Positions 37,283-47,154 of a stretch of DNA of 64,000 nucleotides are shown one piece after another. The stretch is from the IMG/VR virus record IMGVR_UViG_3300042544_001941. One strand, written 5' to 3'. The notes beneath the pieces are model-generated. The model worked only from the letters and a program-made list of their open reading frames with translations. It ran no database searches and was not told where the DNA came from. Numbering within the stretch: position 1 is the stretch's first letter; the number at the start of each line of letters is the position of its first letter. This DNA is from a virus. A program made the position numbers and the translations under genes.

Positions 37283-39118
37283 ATGGCAGAAAATAATTTA
37301 ACGGTATTTCAGAAACTTACTAAGGTTTTCGGTTTTCAAGGAAAAGGGAAAGAGGTATCACCATCTTTCAATTTAGATAGAGAAGAAATATTAAAAACTG
37401 ATAGTAAAGAAGACTTTGAAAAAGCGTTATTACAAGCACAACAGTCACAATACATCGCAGACAAATGGACTAAATTAGACCAGTCGTTATATAATCAATC
37501 GGTTTATTATGAACCAAATAGATTGTCAGCGTATTATGATTATGAGTCGATGGAGTTTACTCCTGAAATATCTGCCGCGTTAGACATTTATGCTGAGGAA
37601 TCAACAACAATGTCTGAGAAAGGTGAAATTCTAACAATATATTCTGAATCAAAAAGAATCAAAGGTATTCTTGAGGATTTATTTAAAGAAAAATTAGACA
37701 TCAATACTAACCTACAAATGTGGGCTAGAGGTATGTGTAAGTACGGAGATGATTTTGTATTCCTTAAAGTAGACCCTGAAAAAGGAATCATCGGTTGTCA
37801 ACAATTACCAAACATTGAAATTGAAAGAGTTGAGGGTGCGGCACTTAAGAACTTAGCCGCAGCACCTAAAGATTCAAAAATACCAACAAGAGAATTGAGA
37901 TTTAATTGGAAGAACAAAGACATTGAATTCCAAGCTTGGGAGATTGCTCACTTTAGAATTTTAGGTGATGATAGAAAGTTACCATATGGTACATCTATGT
38001 TAGATAAGATTAGAAGAATTTGGAAACAACTTTTACTTGCGGAAGATGCGATGTTAATTTACAGAACATCAAGAGCACCTGAAAGACGTGTATTCAAAGT
38101 ATTCGTTGGTAATATGGATGACAAAGATATTGAACCATATGTACAACGTGTTGCAAACAAATTCAAAAGAGATACAGTTGTTGACCAAAAGAATGGTAAC
38201 GTTGATATGAGATATAATCAAATGGCTGTTGACCAAGATTATTTCATACCTGTACGTGACCCAGCACAAACTAACCCGATTGAAACATTACCAGGTGCTG
38301 CTAATTTAGGTGAGATTGCCGATATTGAATACATTCAAAAGAAAATGTTAGCGGCTCTTCGTATACCTAAAGCGTTTTTAGGATTTGAAGAAGTGGTTGG
38401 TGATGGTAAAAATCTTGCATTAATGGATATTCGTTTTGCTAGAACAATCAATAGAATTCAAAAATCTTTAATACAAGAATTAAATAAAATTGCGTTAATT
38501 CATTTATACCTTTTAGGTTTAGAAGATGAATTACACAACTTTAGTTTATCATTAACAAACCCATCATCTCAATCAGATTTACTTAAGATTGAACAATGGA
38601 AAGAAAAGGTTACGTTATATAAAGACGCCACATCTGACAACTCACAACTTGGTATTTTACCTGTTTCACATACTTGGGCTAAAAAGAATATTCTTGGATT
38701 TAGTGATAATGAGGTTATACTTGATTTACAACAACAAAGACTTGAAAGAGCTATTGGTGGTGAGTTAGCTGCAACCGCACAAATTATTAAACGTTCAGGA
38801 GTGTTCGATGACGTCGATGCGAAATATGGAATACCTGAAGAAGAAAGAGAAAAATTAGAAGCTGCCGGTGGTGCAACCGGTGACGCCGCTGCGGGTGGTG
38901 GAATGGATATGGGTATGGGTGGAGCACCTGCCGATATGGGAGCACCTGCAGAAGCACCTGCGGGTGGAGCAGCACCATTAAGTGAATCGCGAAAAGACAA
39001 GATTTTATCTATGTTAGGTGACGATTCAGAAAAATTAGACGATTTATTTGATATTAATAAAGCACAACAGAATATTTATGAGATAGAGAATAAATTGAAG
39101 GATATATTAAACGACTAA
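37283..39118 (+). CDS. Portal protein (T4 gp20-like)
   Basis: EDAMLIYRTSRAPERRVFKVFVGN, DYFIPVR, IETLPG. Confidence 0.93.
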   Translation: MAENNLTVFQKLTKVFGFQGKGKEVSPSFNLDREEILKTDSKEDFEKALLQAQQSQYIADKWTKLDQSLYNQSVYYEPNRLSAYYDYESMEFTPEISAALDIYAEESTTMSEKGEILTIYSESKRIKGILEDLFKEKLDINTNLQMWARGMCKYGDDFVFLKVDPEKGIIGCQQLPNIEIERVEGAALKNLAAAPKDSKIPTRELRFNWKNKDIEFQAWEIAHFRILGDDRKLPYGTSMLDKIRRIWKQLLLAEDAMLIYRTSRAPERRVFKVFVGNMDDKDIEPYVQRVANKFKRDTVVDQKNGNVDMRYNQMAVDQDYFIPVRDPAQTNPIETLPGAANLGEIADIEYIQKKMLAALRIPKAFLGFEEVVGDGKNLALMDIRFARTINRIQKSLIQELNKIALIHLYLLGLEDELHNFSLSLTNPSSQSDLLKIEQWKEKVTLYKDATSDNSQLGILPVSHTWAKKNILGFSDNEVILDLQQQRLERAIGGELAATAQIIKRSGVFDDVDAKYGIPEEEREKLEAAGGATGDAAAGGGMDMGMGGAPADMGAPAEAPAGGAAPLSESRKDKILSMLGDDSEKLDDLFDINKAQQNIYEIENKLKDILND

Positions 39119-39120
39119 AA

Positions 39121-39858
39121 ATGAACAAAATAGGGGTATTAAAAACCAAAATCTTAAAAAAACTTACAGAATCTTACTCAAGTCAGAACAAGTCTGAAAT
39201 GAAAGATATTTTAAAAACAATAAAAGAGAATAAAGACTTTAAAGAGTTATATCTTTTTTATGAAGAAATAGAGAACAAATATTTTGAAGATAAAGAAGTT
39301 GCTAAATTGTATGTTGAAGAACTTAACACAATTTTGAGAAGTAAGTCTAAAAGTCTTGTTGAATTTTGTAGTTCATTAAATCAAAAATTAGGTGAATTAG
39401 AAATCAATGAAAACGAGGTTTATTCTACTCTTGACCAATTATTAGAAGAGGACAGTTTAAACAACATCGATAAAAAGGTTATATCAAAGAAAAAATTAGT
39501 AAATCATTTAACAACCAAAAAAGAAGTTAATGAATCTAAAACAGAAGGTATCGTACCTAACGAAAGTTTATTACACGCCGTATTAGCGAACAATTTCAAC
39601 GTTTTATATACAAATAGTTTAAATGAAGAACAACAGGAGGAATTGAAATCAATTCTTTCAATGTCACAAGAAGATTTAGAGAAAAACATTACTGAATTAA
39701 AAGAATCTGTTTTAACCCAAGTGGGAACTATATTATCTGAAAATAAAGATGATGAATTAACAACAAAATTAACTCAAGTTCAAAAAGAGGTAAACGAAAT
39801 GAATTTTAATAAGTTTAATCTTTATAAACTTAAAGAATTAAAAAATGGTCTTAATTAA
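39121..39858 (+). CDS. Hypothetical helical protein downstream of portal
   Basis: 245-aa K/E-rich ORF. Confidence 0.7.
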   Translation: MNKIGVLKTKILKKLTESYSSQNKSEMKDILKTIKENKDFKELYLFYEEIENKYFEDKEVAKLYVEELNTILRSKSKSLVEFCSSLNQKLGELEINENEVYSTLDQLLEEDSLNNIDKKVISKKKLVNHLTTKKEVNESKTEGIVPNESLLHAVLANNFNVLYTNSLNEEQQEELKSILSMSQEDLEKNITELKESVLTQVGTILSENKDDELTTKLTQVQKEVNEMNFNKFNLYKLKELKNGLN

Positions 39859-39869
39859 GACCATTTTTT
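39840..39869. repeat. Perfect 30-bp palindrome spanning both convergent stop codons
   Basis: aaaaaatggtcttaa|ttaagaccatttttt. Confidence 0.9.
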
Positions 39870-40042
39870 TTTGATTCTATATAAATCGCTTTTAATTTTT
39901 GAGTTCTTTTCTTAACTGAAGGTTTTACGAACTCTTGCCTTTCTCTAAGTTTTTGTATCTGTTTTGTTTTTTGAACCTTTTGTTTATAGGTCCTAAGAGC
40001 AGATTCAAGACTCTTTTCATTTTTAATTTCTATTATTAACAT
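39851..40042 (-). CDS. rpsU: Ribosomal protein bS21
   Basis: IEIKNEKSLESALRTYKQKV..LRERQEFVKPSVKKR. Confidence 0.9.
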   Translation of the reverse strand: MLIIEIKNEKSLESALRTYKQKVQKTKQIQKLRERQEFVKPSVKKRTQKLKAIYIESKKNGLN

Positions 40043-40141
40043 AATTTGGTTTTAGTATTATATAAATATATTTTGGAAATACAAGAATTTTTCTTTATAT
40101 TTTAATTAACACCATAAATTAAAATAATATGAAGAAAATTA

Positions 40142-40567
40142 ATGAAAACTGGGAAATTTATACCCCTTGGATACTATGAAAATGTAAAGATTGGTTACGG
40201 AACTGTAGACTTTAAAAATTTAAAAACCGTATACATAAAACTAAATTCTTGGTTATTACCTGAAAGTGAGACCGATAATTTCGAGTTAATACTGTCAAGA
40301 ACAAGACGTGAAATAAAAACGTACTTGTACTATTTGGAAAATGAGTTTTTCAAAAAAGAAAATATTGTCGATTTAGACGTTAGGACTAAAGGAATCAAAT
40401 TAGAAAAAAAGTCCTTTATGAATTTAGAAATTACATTATTCGTTAAAAATCAATTTGATATCAGAGATAAAGAAGTTAAAAAAACTATTAAATCAATATC
40501 GGAAAACATTATTAATGGGAATTTAAAAGACAAAAATCTGTTTAATTTCTATAAGAACAAGAAATAA
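40142..40567 (+). CDS. Hypothetical protein
   Basis: 141-aa ORF between bS21 and protease. Confidence 0.7.
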   Translation: MKTGKFIPLGYYENVKIGYGTVDFKNLKTVYIKLNSWLLPESETDNFELILSRTRREIKTYLYYLENEFFKKENIVDLDVRTKGIKLEKKSFMNLEITLFVKNQFDIRDKEVKKTIKSISENIINGNLKDKNLFNFYKNKK

Positions 40568-40605
40568 GTTGGGATATCGATGTATTTATAGTATAAAAAC
40601 TGTAA

Positions 40606-41289
40606 ATGAAGATATTAGGTCCAAACGAGACGGGTAAGGGAATCTTAATCGAATACGACGCAGGACACGTTTCACCTGACGACAACAAAAAAATTATATC
40701 AGAAATGAAGGGTATGGACTTCTCAGAAGACCTTATCCTTTATGCTGTTTTACAAAAATACGACACACCTAACAAAAACGGGAGAATCTATCCCGAAGTT
40801 CTACTTAAAAGAGAGAACGAAAAATATCAATCCCTTATTAAGAAAGGGGGTGCTTTAAATGAATTAAATCACCCATCATCATCACTTATTGATTTGGATA
40901 GGGTATCACACTCTATTACAGAGACTTGGTGGGATGGTAAAATGTTAATGGGTAAGATAAAACTATTCACATCACCGGGTTGGAAGAAAATGGGTATTGT
41001 ATCCACTAAGGGAGACCAAGCGGCTATGTTGATTATGAACGGAGCTACTTTGGGTATCTCTTCTCGTGGAGTAGGGTCTCTTAAAAACATTAAAGGTCAA
41101 AACATTGTACAAGAGGATTTTGAACTTGTTTGTTTTGATTTAGTGTCATCTCCATCTACGCCAGGTGCTTATGTTTTCCCTGAATTATCTGATAGAGACA
41201 AGTATCAAGAATCAATCGAAGAAAAAGGGGAAGGATTTGATAAGATGAAGTCATTAATGGGAAAATTAGATAACTTTTTATCCAAATAA
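40606..41289 (+). CDS. Prohead core protease (T4 gp21-like)
   Basis: NKNGRIYP, ELNHP, GISSRGVGS, FDLVSSPS. Confidence 0.92.
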   Translation: MKILGPNETGKGILIEYDAGHVSPDDNKKIISEMKGMDFSEDLILYAVLQKYDTPNKNGRIYPEVLLKRENEKYQSLIKKGGALNELNHPSSSLIDLDRVSHSITETWWDGKMLMGKIKLFTSPGWKKMGIVSTKGDQAAMLIMNGATLGISSRGVGSLKNIKGQNIVQEDFELVCFDLVSSPSTPGAYVFPELSDRDKYQESIEEKGEGFDKMKSLMGKLDNFLSK

Positions 41290-41375
41290 TAAATTTTATA
41301 GGGTTACCAATACTGAAAAAGTAAATTTTTCGTAAAAACGTAGTATTTATAAGATAATAAAACAAATAAATAAAG

Positions 41376-42584
41376 ATGAGTCAAAAATCTATTTTAGAAC
41401 AAGCATTACTTCAAGTACAAACACTTGAAGAGGCCGTAAAGCAAAATGCAAAAGGTATACTTGCTTCAACAATGAAACAAGAACTAAACGATTTGCTTAG
41501 GGAACAAGAAGAAGATGAGGACGAAACTGAAGTTCCAATGGGTGAACAACCAGAGGACGAAGTTAATCCTGAAGAAGAAGAAGATGTAACAGGTGATGAA
41601 CCTGAAGATGAAGAAACTTCAATAAACGATGAACCATCTGATGAAGAAGATGAAATCGCCGATGAGCCTGAAGCTGATGAAGAAGGTGAAATCGAAGATG
41701 AAGAATTCGGAACAGATAAAATGTCTGACGAATCTGATGATGATGTTGTTGATATGACATCAGCGTCTGATGATGAAGTACTTAAAGTTTTCAAAGCTAT
41801 GAAACCAGAAGATGGTATTGTAGTTAAAAAAGAAGGTGATAAATTATCACTTAGTGTTGATGACCAAGAGTATATCATTAAGTTAGATGGTGAAGATGGT
41901 GGAACCGAAATGGGACTTTCAGAAGAAGAATCTTATGACGAAAGCTTTTCAAATCCTGAAGACGATGCTCAATTAAACGCTTTAGAGGAAGAAGATGACG
42001 AAGACGGTACAGTTTACGAAGTCACTCTTGATGAAGATGAAATTGAGTTGGACAAAGAAGGAGTTGAAGAACCTAAAAAAGTTGAAGCTACAGAAGCCGC
42101 AAGAAATTCAATAACTGCTCACGGAAATAAGAACGGTATGAACAGGTCAGGTTTACCTAGTAAAAAAGTACATAAAGCAGGTTCTGGTGTTTTCGGTATT
42201 AACGAAGAAGTTGAAACATTGAAAAAACAAAATTCTGAATACAAGAAAGCTTTAGTTCTTTTCAAGGAAAAACTTAACGAAGTTGCAGTATTCAATGCAA
42301 ACTTAGCTTACGCTACAAGATTGTTTACTGAACATTCAACAACAAAACAAGAAAAATTGAATATTTTAAAAAGATTCGATTCAATTTCTTCTATAAACGA
42401 AGCAAAAAATCTTTACAAATCAATCAAAACCGAATTAGACACTAAAAAACCAATGACTGAGTCGGTAGTTGATAAAATTTCATTAACTCCACAAACTTCT
42501 TCAACTGAGGTATTATCTGAATCAAAAGCATATGAGAACCCTCAATTCAGAAGAATGAAAGATTTAATGAGTAAAATAAAATAA
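41376..42584 (+). CDS. Prohead scaffold/core protein
   Basis: Acidic coiled-coil between protease and MCP. Confidence 0.75.
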   Translation: MSQKSILEQALLQVQTLEEAVKQNAKGILASTMKQELNDLLREQEEDEDETEVPMGEQPEDEVNPEEEEDVTGDEPEDEETSINDEPSDEEDEIADEPEADEEGEIEDEEFGTDKMSDESDDDVVDMTSASDDEVLKVFKAMKPEDGIVVKKEGDKLSLSVDDQEYIIKLDGEDGGTEMGLSEEESYDESFSNPEDDAQLNALEEEDDEDGTVYEVTLDEDEIELDKEGVEEPKKVEATEAARNSITAHGNKNGMNRSGLPSKKVHKAGSGVFGINEEVETLKKQNSEYKKALVLFKEKLNEVAVFNANLAYATRLFTEHSTTKQEKLNILKRFDSISSINEAKNLYKSIKTELDTKKPMTESVVDKISLTPQTSSTEVLSESKAYENPQFRRMKDLMSKIK

Positions 42585-42613
42585 TAAAAAAAACAAAAAA
42601 ATACAATTTTAAA

Positions 42614-44338
42614 ATGGGAGCATTATTAGAATCAGGTATGGTTGGTAACATCGGTCTTAAGCACCTTCGTGTTATCAAAGAAGATACCATCAAAAAATGG
42701 GATGACTTAGGCTTTTTAGAAGGTCTTGGAGGTCACCAAAAAGATAACATCGCGCAATTATATGAAAACCAAGCGTCTTATTTAATCAACGAAGCAGCAG
42801 TATCTGATGCTTCTGGTTCTTTCGAGACTGTGGTATTCCCTATCATTCGTCGTGTATTCTCTAAATTATTAGCTAACGACATCGTGTCTGTACAAGCTAT
42901 GAACTTACCAATCGGTAAATTATTCTACTTCATTCCTAAAATTCAAGGAAGAGATGGTGTTAACCACCGTCAACCTTATGGAATGCCAAGTAACAATGAC
43001 GCAGCAACTGCAGGTTACACAGATGCTAAAAACCTTTACGATAGCTTCTATGAGGCTGGTGATGGTAACTCTCCTTCTGAAGGTTTGTTCGATTACTCTA
43101 AAGGTTCATACTCTGCTGTTACTTTAAATGGTGCAGCGGTAGTTGCTTTCTCTAATGGTACTGTTGCTGATGTTACAAGAGCATCTTTAACTGGTACTAC
43201 TCAAACTTCATTAGTAGTTAAATTCTCAGGTTTCACTAAGGACGGTCAAGGTAAGTTAATCGGACCTAACGGTTCAGTAATGGATACTGAAGAGTTCTTA
43301 GCAGGAGCTGAAGTTTTCGTAAGTGGAGCTTCTAAAAACTTCAACATCGTAACTCAGAAATACGGTAAAGGTATTATCGAGTACGGTTCTAAATCAACTT
43401 CAGCATTCCCTGGAGGTAGATTCCAAGATATTTGTGACGAAGAAGGTGTTATCTATATCAACGTAGATTTACAAAACTACAATGGTGTAACAACTGGTTT
43501 CACAGCTTCTCAATTATCTAACACATTCCAAGCTTCTGATGTAACTTTAGGTTTTAGAGTTTACTCTGACTTAGAATTCGAAGATGCAATTGGTGAAGTT
43601 TCTTTCGATTTAGAATCAGTAACTGTTTCTGTAACTGAAAGAAAATTAAGAGCTAGCTGGTCTCCTGAATTAGCTCAAGACGTAAGTGCATTCCACAACA
43701 TCGATGCAGAAGCTGAGTTAACAGCATTGTTATCTGAGCAAATCGCAGCAGAAGTTGACCGTGAAATCTTACGTGACCTTCGTAAAGGTGCTGCTTGGAC
43801 AACTAAGTGGGACTACAACGAATGGAGATATGGTAATGGTGGTTCAGCTTTCGCAGGTTACACTCAAAAAGACTGGAACCAAACGTTAATCACTAAGATT
43901 AACCAATTATCAGCTCAAATCCATAAGTCTACTTTGAGAGGTGGTGCTAACTGGATTGTTGTTTCTTCAGAAGTATCTGCAGTATTCGACGATTTAGAAT
44001 ATTTCCACGTATCAAACGCTCATCCTGAGCAAGACCAATACAATATGGGTATTGAGAAAGTAGGTACATTAGCAGGTCGTTACCAAGTATACCGTGACCC
44101 TTACTTCCCAGCAAACAAAATTTTGATTGGACACAAAGGTAAGTCATTGTTAGACGCTGGTTACATCTACGCACCATATGTTCCTTTACAATTAACTCCA
44201 ACAATGTATAATCCGTTCAATATGACCCCAATCAAGGGTATTATGACAAGATACGCGAAGAAAATGGTTAACAACCGTTACTACGCTACTATCACAGTTA
44301 GAGGATTACAATCATTTAGCTTGGATACCTTAAGATAA
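42614..44338 (+). CDS. Major capsid protein (T4 gp23-like)
   Basis: IVSVQAMNLP, RKLRASWSPELAQD, EIL, YAPYVPL, GIMTRYA. Confidence 0.95.
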   Translation: MGALLESGMVGNIGLKHLRVIKEDTIKKWDDLGFLEGLGGHQKDNIAQLYENQASYLINEAAVSDASGSFETVVFPIIRRVFSKLLANDIVSVQAMNLPIGKLFYFIPKIQGRDGVNHRQPYGMPSNNDAATAGYTDAKNLYDSFYEAGDGNSPSEGLFDYSKGSYSAVTLNGAAVVAFSNGTVADVTRASLTGTTQTSLVVKFSGFTKDGQGKLIGPNGSVMDTEEFLAGAEVFVSGASKNFNIVTQKYGKGIIEYGSKSTSAFPGGRFQDICDEEGVIYINVDLQNYNGVTTGFTASQLSNTFQASDVTLGFRVYSDLEFEDAIGEVSFDLESVTVSVTERKLRASWSPELAQDVSAFHNIDAEAELTALLSEQIAAEVDREILRDLRKGAAWTTKWDYNEWRYGNGGSAFAGYTQKDWNQTLITKINQLSAQIHKSTLRGGANWIVVSSEVSAVFDDLEYFHVSNAHPEQDQYNMGIEKVGTLAGRYQVYRDPYFPANKILIGHKGKSLLDAGYIYAPYVPLQLTPTMYNPFNMTPIKGIMTRYAKKMVNNRYYATITVRGLQSFSLDTLR

Positions 44339-44355
44339 TAACATCTTAATATAGT

Positions 44356-44385
44356 AAAAGACCCTCGAGAAATCGGGGGTTTTTT
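44356..44385 (+). terminator. Terminator after MCP
   Basis: gaccctcga-gaaa-tcgggggtt followed by T-run. Confidence 0.7.
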
Positions 44386-44388
44386 ATT

Positions 44389-44420
44389 TTTGGTATATTC
44401 CAGAATATTTCTTATATTTG
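44389..44420 (+). promoter_or_regulatory. Bacteroidota sigma70-type promoter
   Basis: TTTG-N20-TATATTTG. Confidence 0.65.
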
Positions 44421-44424
44421 TCCT

Positions 44425-44739
44425 ATGTCTGACGTTGATTATAGTAAATTAAGATTAGATGTCCTTGAAAAGATGGTGTATTCAAGAGGTATTGAATGCA
44501 AAATGAAAAAGGACGAAATTGTTAAAGTGTTAAAACTTGACGATGAGGGGAAATATGAACCACCTATGAACAATACAGTTTATGAAAAAACTGATGGTGG
44601 GTTTAATGTAGGTATTGATTTGAGAAATCATTCAGATTTAGTTCAGATTGGGAAATTCGTAGAAAAAAAAGAAGCAAAGTCACTCAATAGGTATTCTGAT
44701 AATAGAGTATGGTATTGGTCAAAGGGTAAGTTAATATGA
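44425..44739 (+). CDS. Hypothetical protein
   Basis: 104-aa ORF. Confidence 0.65.
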   Translation: MSDVDYSKLRLDVLEKMVYSRGIECKMKKDEIVKVLKLDDEGKYEPPMNNTVYEKTDGGFNVGIDLRNHSDLVQIGKFVEKKEAKSLNRYSDNRVWYWSKGKLI

Positions 44740-45899
44740 AAATATATGTCCACAATTATTACTCAAAACAATTATTCTATAAGTTGTGTCACAATACAAC
44801 TGATAAAGAGATTAATGTTTCAGGTAAACTCGCGAATGTTAAATGTAATTACAATGGAATTACGTTTGAACTAGTATTCAACCCAACAATAAACGATAAT
44901 GTGGATGGTTTACATCTTATTGATTATTATTCAATAAGACAAGATTTTCAAAACTATTCGGATTTTAATGATTGTGGTGAAACTGATGGTTTTGTTGATA
45001 TCTCAGTGATAAGCAGACTATGTGATATTATTGAGAATAAATCTAATTGGTTGGTTCTTATTTTTAAAACGGAAAAGATTTTCTCAAAGTTTGATGAAGA
45101 GCCTAACGAACATATGATACCATTTGAGGAGAATATAGATAGGTTATCAAATCATAAAATTATAACTGATAACATTCTTCTAAATCACTCATTTTCAAAT
45201 AGATATCCAAATGTTTATCACACATTCAGTAATACTATTTTCAATTGGAATGGTCATAATGATTTGAGATGGTATTATGATTTTAAATACATTTTTGAAA
45301 GGCTGAATCACGAATACAAATTAGGGTATTCAATAATGACATCCAAGAAACACAGAAAGGTGATTGCTGAGGGTATAAATGGATTTAAAGACATTACGGT
45401 TTCTCAGTCGGATAAGTTAACTAATAATCTAATTCCTAACATAGAAGTAAATAAAATTAACGGAGAAACCGATTTTGATAATGTGGATTATATTGTCAAT
45501 TTACACAATGGTTTGGATATGTTTTTCAAAAGACTACCCAAATCTAAAATGCATATACTTGATGAGAGTCACGGAGGAAAAAATTATGAGGTTGTTTTCC
45601 ACTACTTAACTGAAAAGACACTCGGGTTTATTCTTGCAGGAATACCATTTATTTCCACACATTCCTACCCATTAGATTGTATTCATAAAATGGTGGACAT
45701 TGAGGAACATCCGTTTATGGAGAGATTTAGAGAACATAAGGGTAACCCTGAAATGTTTGTTGAGTTTGTTAAAGAATTTATGTGGGAATTTGACTATAAC
45801 CACGAATTGTGTAAAAAGTGGTCAATAAAGTGTCACGATAAATTTATTGATAAGATTAATAAGGAAAACTCATTATTTGATTTAATACAGAAAATATGA
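44736..45899 (+). CDS. Hypothetical, possibly GT-B glycosyltransferase-like
   Basis: YLTEKTLGFILAGIPFI resembles GT10-type TEK motif. Confidence 0.5.
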   Translation: MKIYVHNYYSKQLFYKLCHNTTDKEINVSGKLANVKCNYNGITFELVFNPTINDNVDGLHLIDYYSIRQDFQNYSDFNDCGETDGFVDISVISRLCDIIENKSNWLVLIFKTEKIFSKFDEEPNEHMIPFEENIDRLSNHKIITDNILLNHSFSNRYPNVYHTFSNTIFNWNGHNDLRWYYDFKYIFERLNHEYKLGYSIMTSKKHRKVIAEGINGFKDITVSQSDKLTNNLIPNIEVNKINGETDFDNVDYIVNLHNGLDMFFKRLPKSKMHILDESHGGKNYEVVFHYLTEKTLGFILAGIPFISTHSYPLDCIHKMVDIEEHPFMERFREHKGNPEMFVEFVKEFMWEFDYNHELCKKWSIKCHDKFIDKINKENSLFDLIQKI

Positions 45900-46336
45900 A
45901 TTGGACAGAATACTTTTTAGGTATTGCAGAACAAGTTAAACTTAAATCTAAAGACCAATCCACTCAGATAGGTGCGGTAATCGTTGGGGAAGACAATGAG
46001 GTACTTTCTACGGGTTATAATTCGTTTCCAAGGGGTTTAGATGACTCAAGACAAGAACGTCAGGAAAGACCTGAAAAGTACTTCTGGTTCGAACACGCGG
46101 AACGTAATGCGATTTACAACGCTGCAAGAATCGGAATACCTATAAAGAATTCTTCAATTTATTTAACCTCGGGATTACCTTGTGTTGACTGTGCTAGAGG
46201 TATAGTAAACAGTGGTATTAGAACTGTTCATTGTAAACACATATGTACCACAAAAAATAAGGAGAAATGGGACGAATCTCAATCGAAATCATACCAACTT
46301 CTCCTTGAATGTGGGGTTAATGTAATTTTTTATTAA
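45896..46336 (+). CDS. dCMP deaminase
   Basis: TGYN, HAERNAI, PCVDC. Confidence 0.92.
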   Translation: MNWTEYFLGIAEQVKLKSKDQSTQIGAVIVGEDNEVLSTGYNSFPRGLDDSRQERQERPEKYFWFEHAERNAIYNAARIGIPIKNSSIYLTSGLPCVDCARGIVNSGIRTVHCKHICTTKNKEKWDESQSKSYQLLLECGVNVIFY

Positions 46337-47146
46337 TTACCAAGTTCTACAAGCCCAATATCTTGCTTTCCAACGTGGACCTGGGTTGTCACAATTGTGT
46401 CTTGCTCTAAATGATTTACGTCTCTCAGGGTTATTTTTCTTAATAACCATTCTTTTTCCTTTTGCGGATTTACCACCGAAACCAAAGTTTACTTTAACAA
46501 CTTTACCTTTGTCGTTTTTAACGAAAACTTTAAATTTCTTAATGTCACCTTGCATAATTTTACCCAATTGAACTTTACGTCCTTGATATTCTGCCTCATT
46601 TAATAAATCGTCAGCAACATAATTAGTTTCTTCGGTAGGCCCAAATTCTAAATCTTCCATTAGTTTTAAATCATCATCCGATAAATCTAAAACACCTTCC
46701 GACCATAATTCGTAAGCTTCTTCAATTAAGTTCTCATAACTTTGAGTTCCGAATTTGAAGACCGAATTAATCAATGGTTTTCTGTTTGTTATATGATAAG
46801 ATAGAGCTTCAGATATTTGAATACCTCCATCTAATAAATCAGGTGCTAATGATTTAACCTGATTAAAATCAACTTTAATACTTTGCCCCATTGTAGGTTC
46901 TTTTTTAGTTTCATTCATAATAAAGTCAAATACTTGGTCTAAGTTTTCTTTAGCCACAGAAATGTGGTCATCAGCCCAATCGTGACCGTTATTTAATAGT
47001 TCATTGATGGTGTTTTCATCAATTTCCATTAACATTTCACATTGTCTTTTTATTTGTTCTATGTTACCAAAGAACATATAATTTCCTTGTTTTTGCTCTT
47101 TTAATTTATGAAAATCCTTTTTTAGGATTACGTTCTGCTTTGACAT
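46337..47146 (-). CDS. Hypothetical virion-associated protein with basic C-terminal domain
   Basis: LNEAEY then KVVKVNFG..RRKSFRARHNC..ARYWAC. Confidence 0.65.
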   Translation of the reverse strand: MSKQNVILKKDFHKLKEQKQGNYMFFGNIEQIKRQCEMLMEIDENTINELLNNGHDWADDHISVAKENLDQVFDFIMNETKKEPTMGQSIKVDFNQVKSLAPDLLDGGIQISEALSYHITNRKPLINSVFKFGTQSYENLIEEAYELWSEGVLDLSDDDLKLMEDLEFGPTEETNYVADDLLNEAEYQGRKVQLGKIMQGDIKKFKVFVKNDKGKVVKVNFGFGGKSAKGKRMVIKKNNPERRKSFRARHNCDNPGPRWKARYWACRTW

Positions 47147-47154
47147 AATTTTTA

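Noticed and set aside
35470-44338. Introns or inteins in terminase, portal or capsid
   Set aside because: The frames are continuous with expected lengths and no splicing motifs
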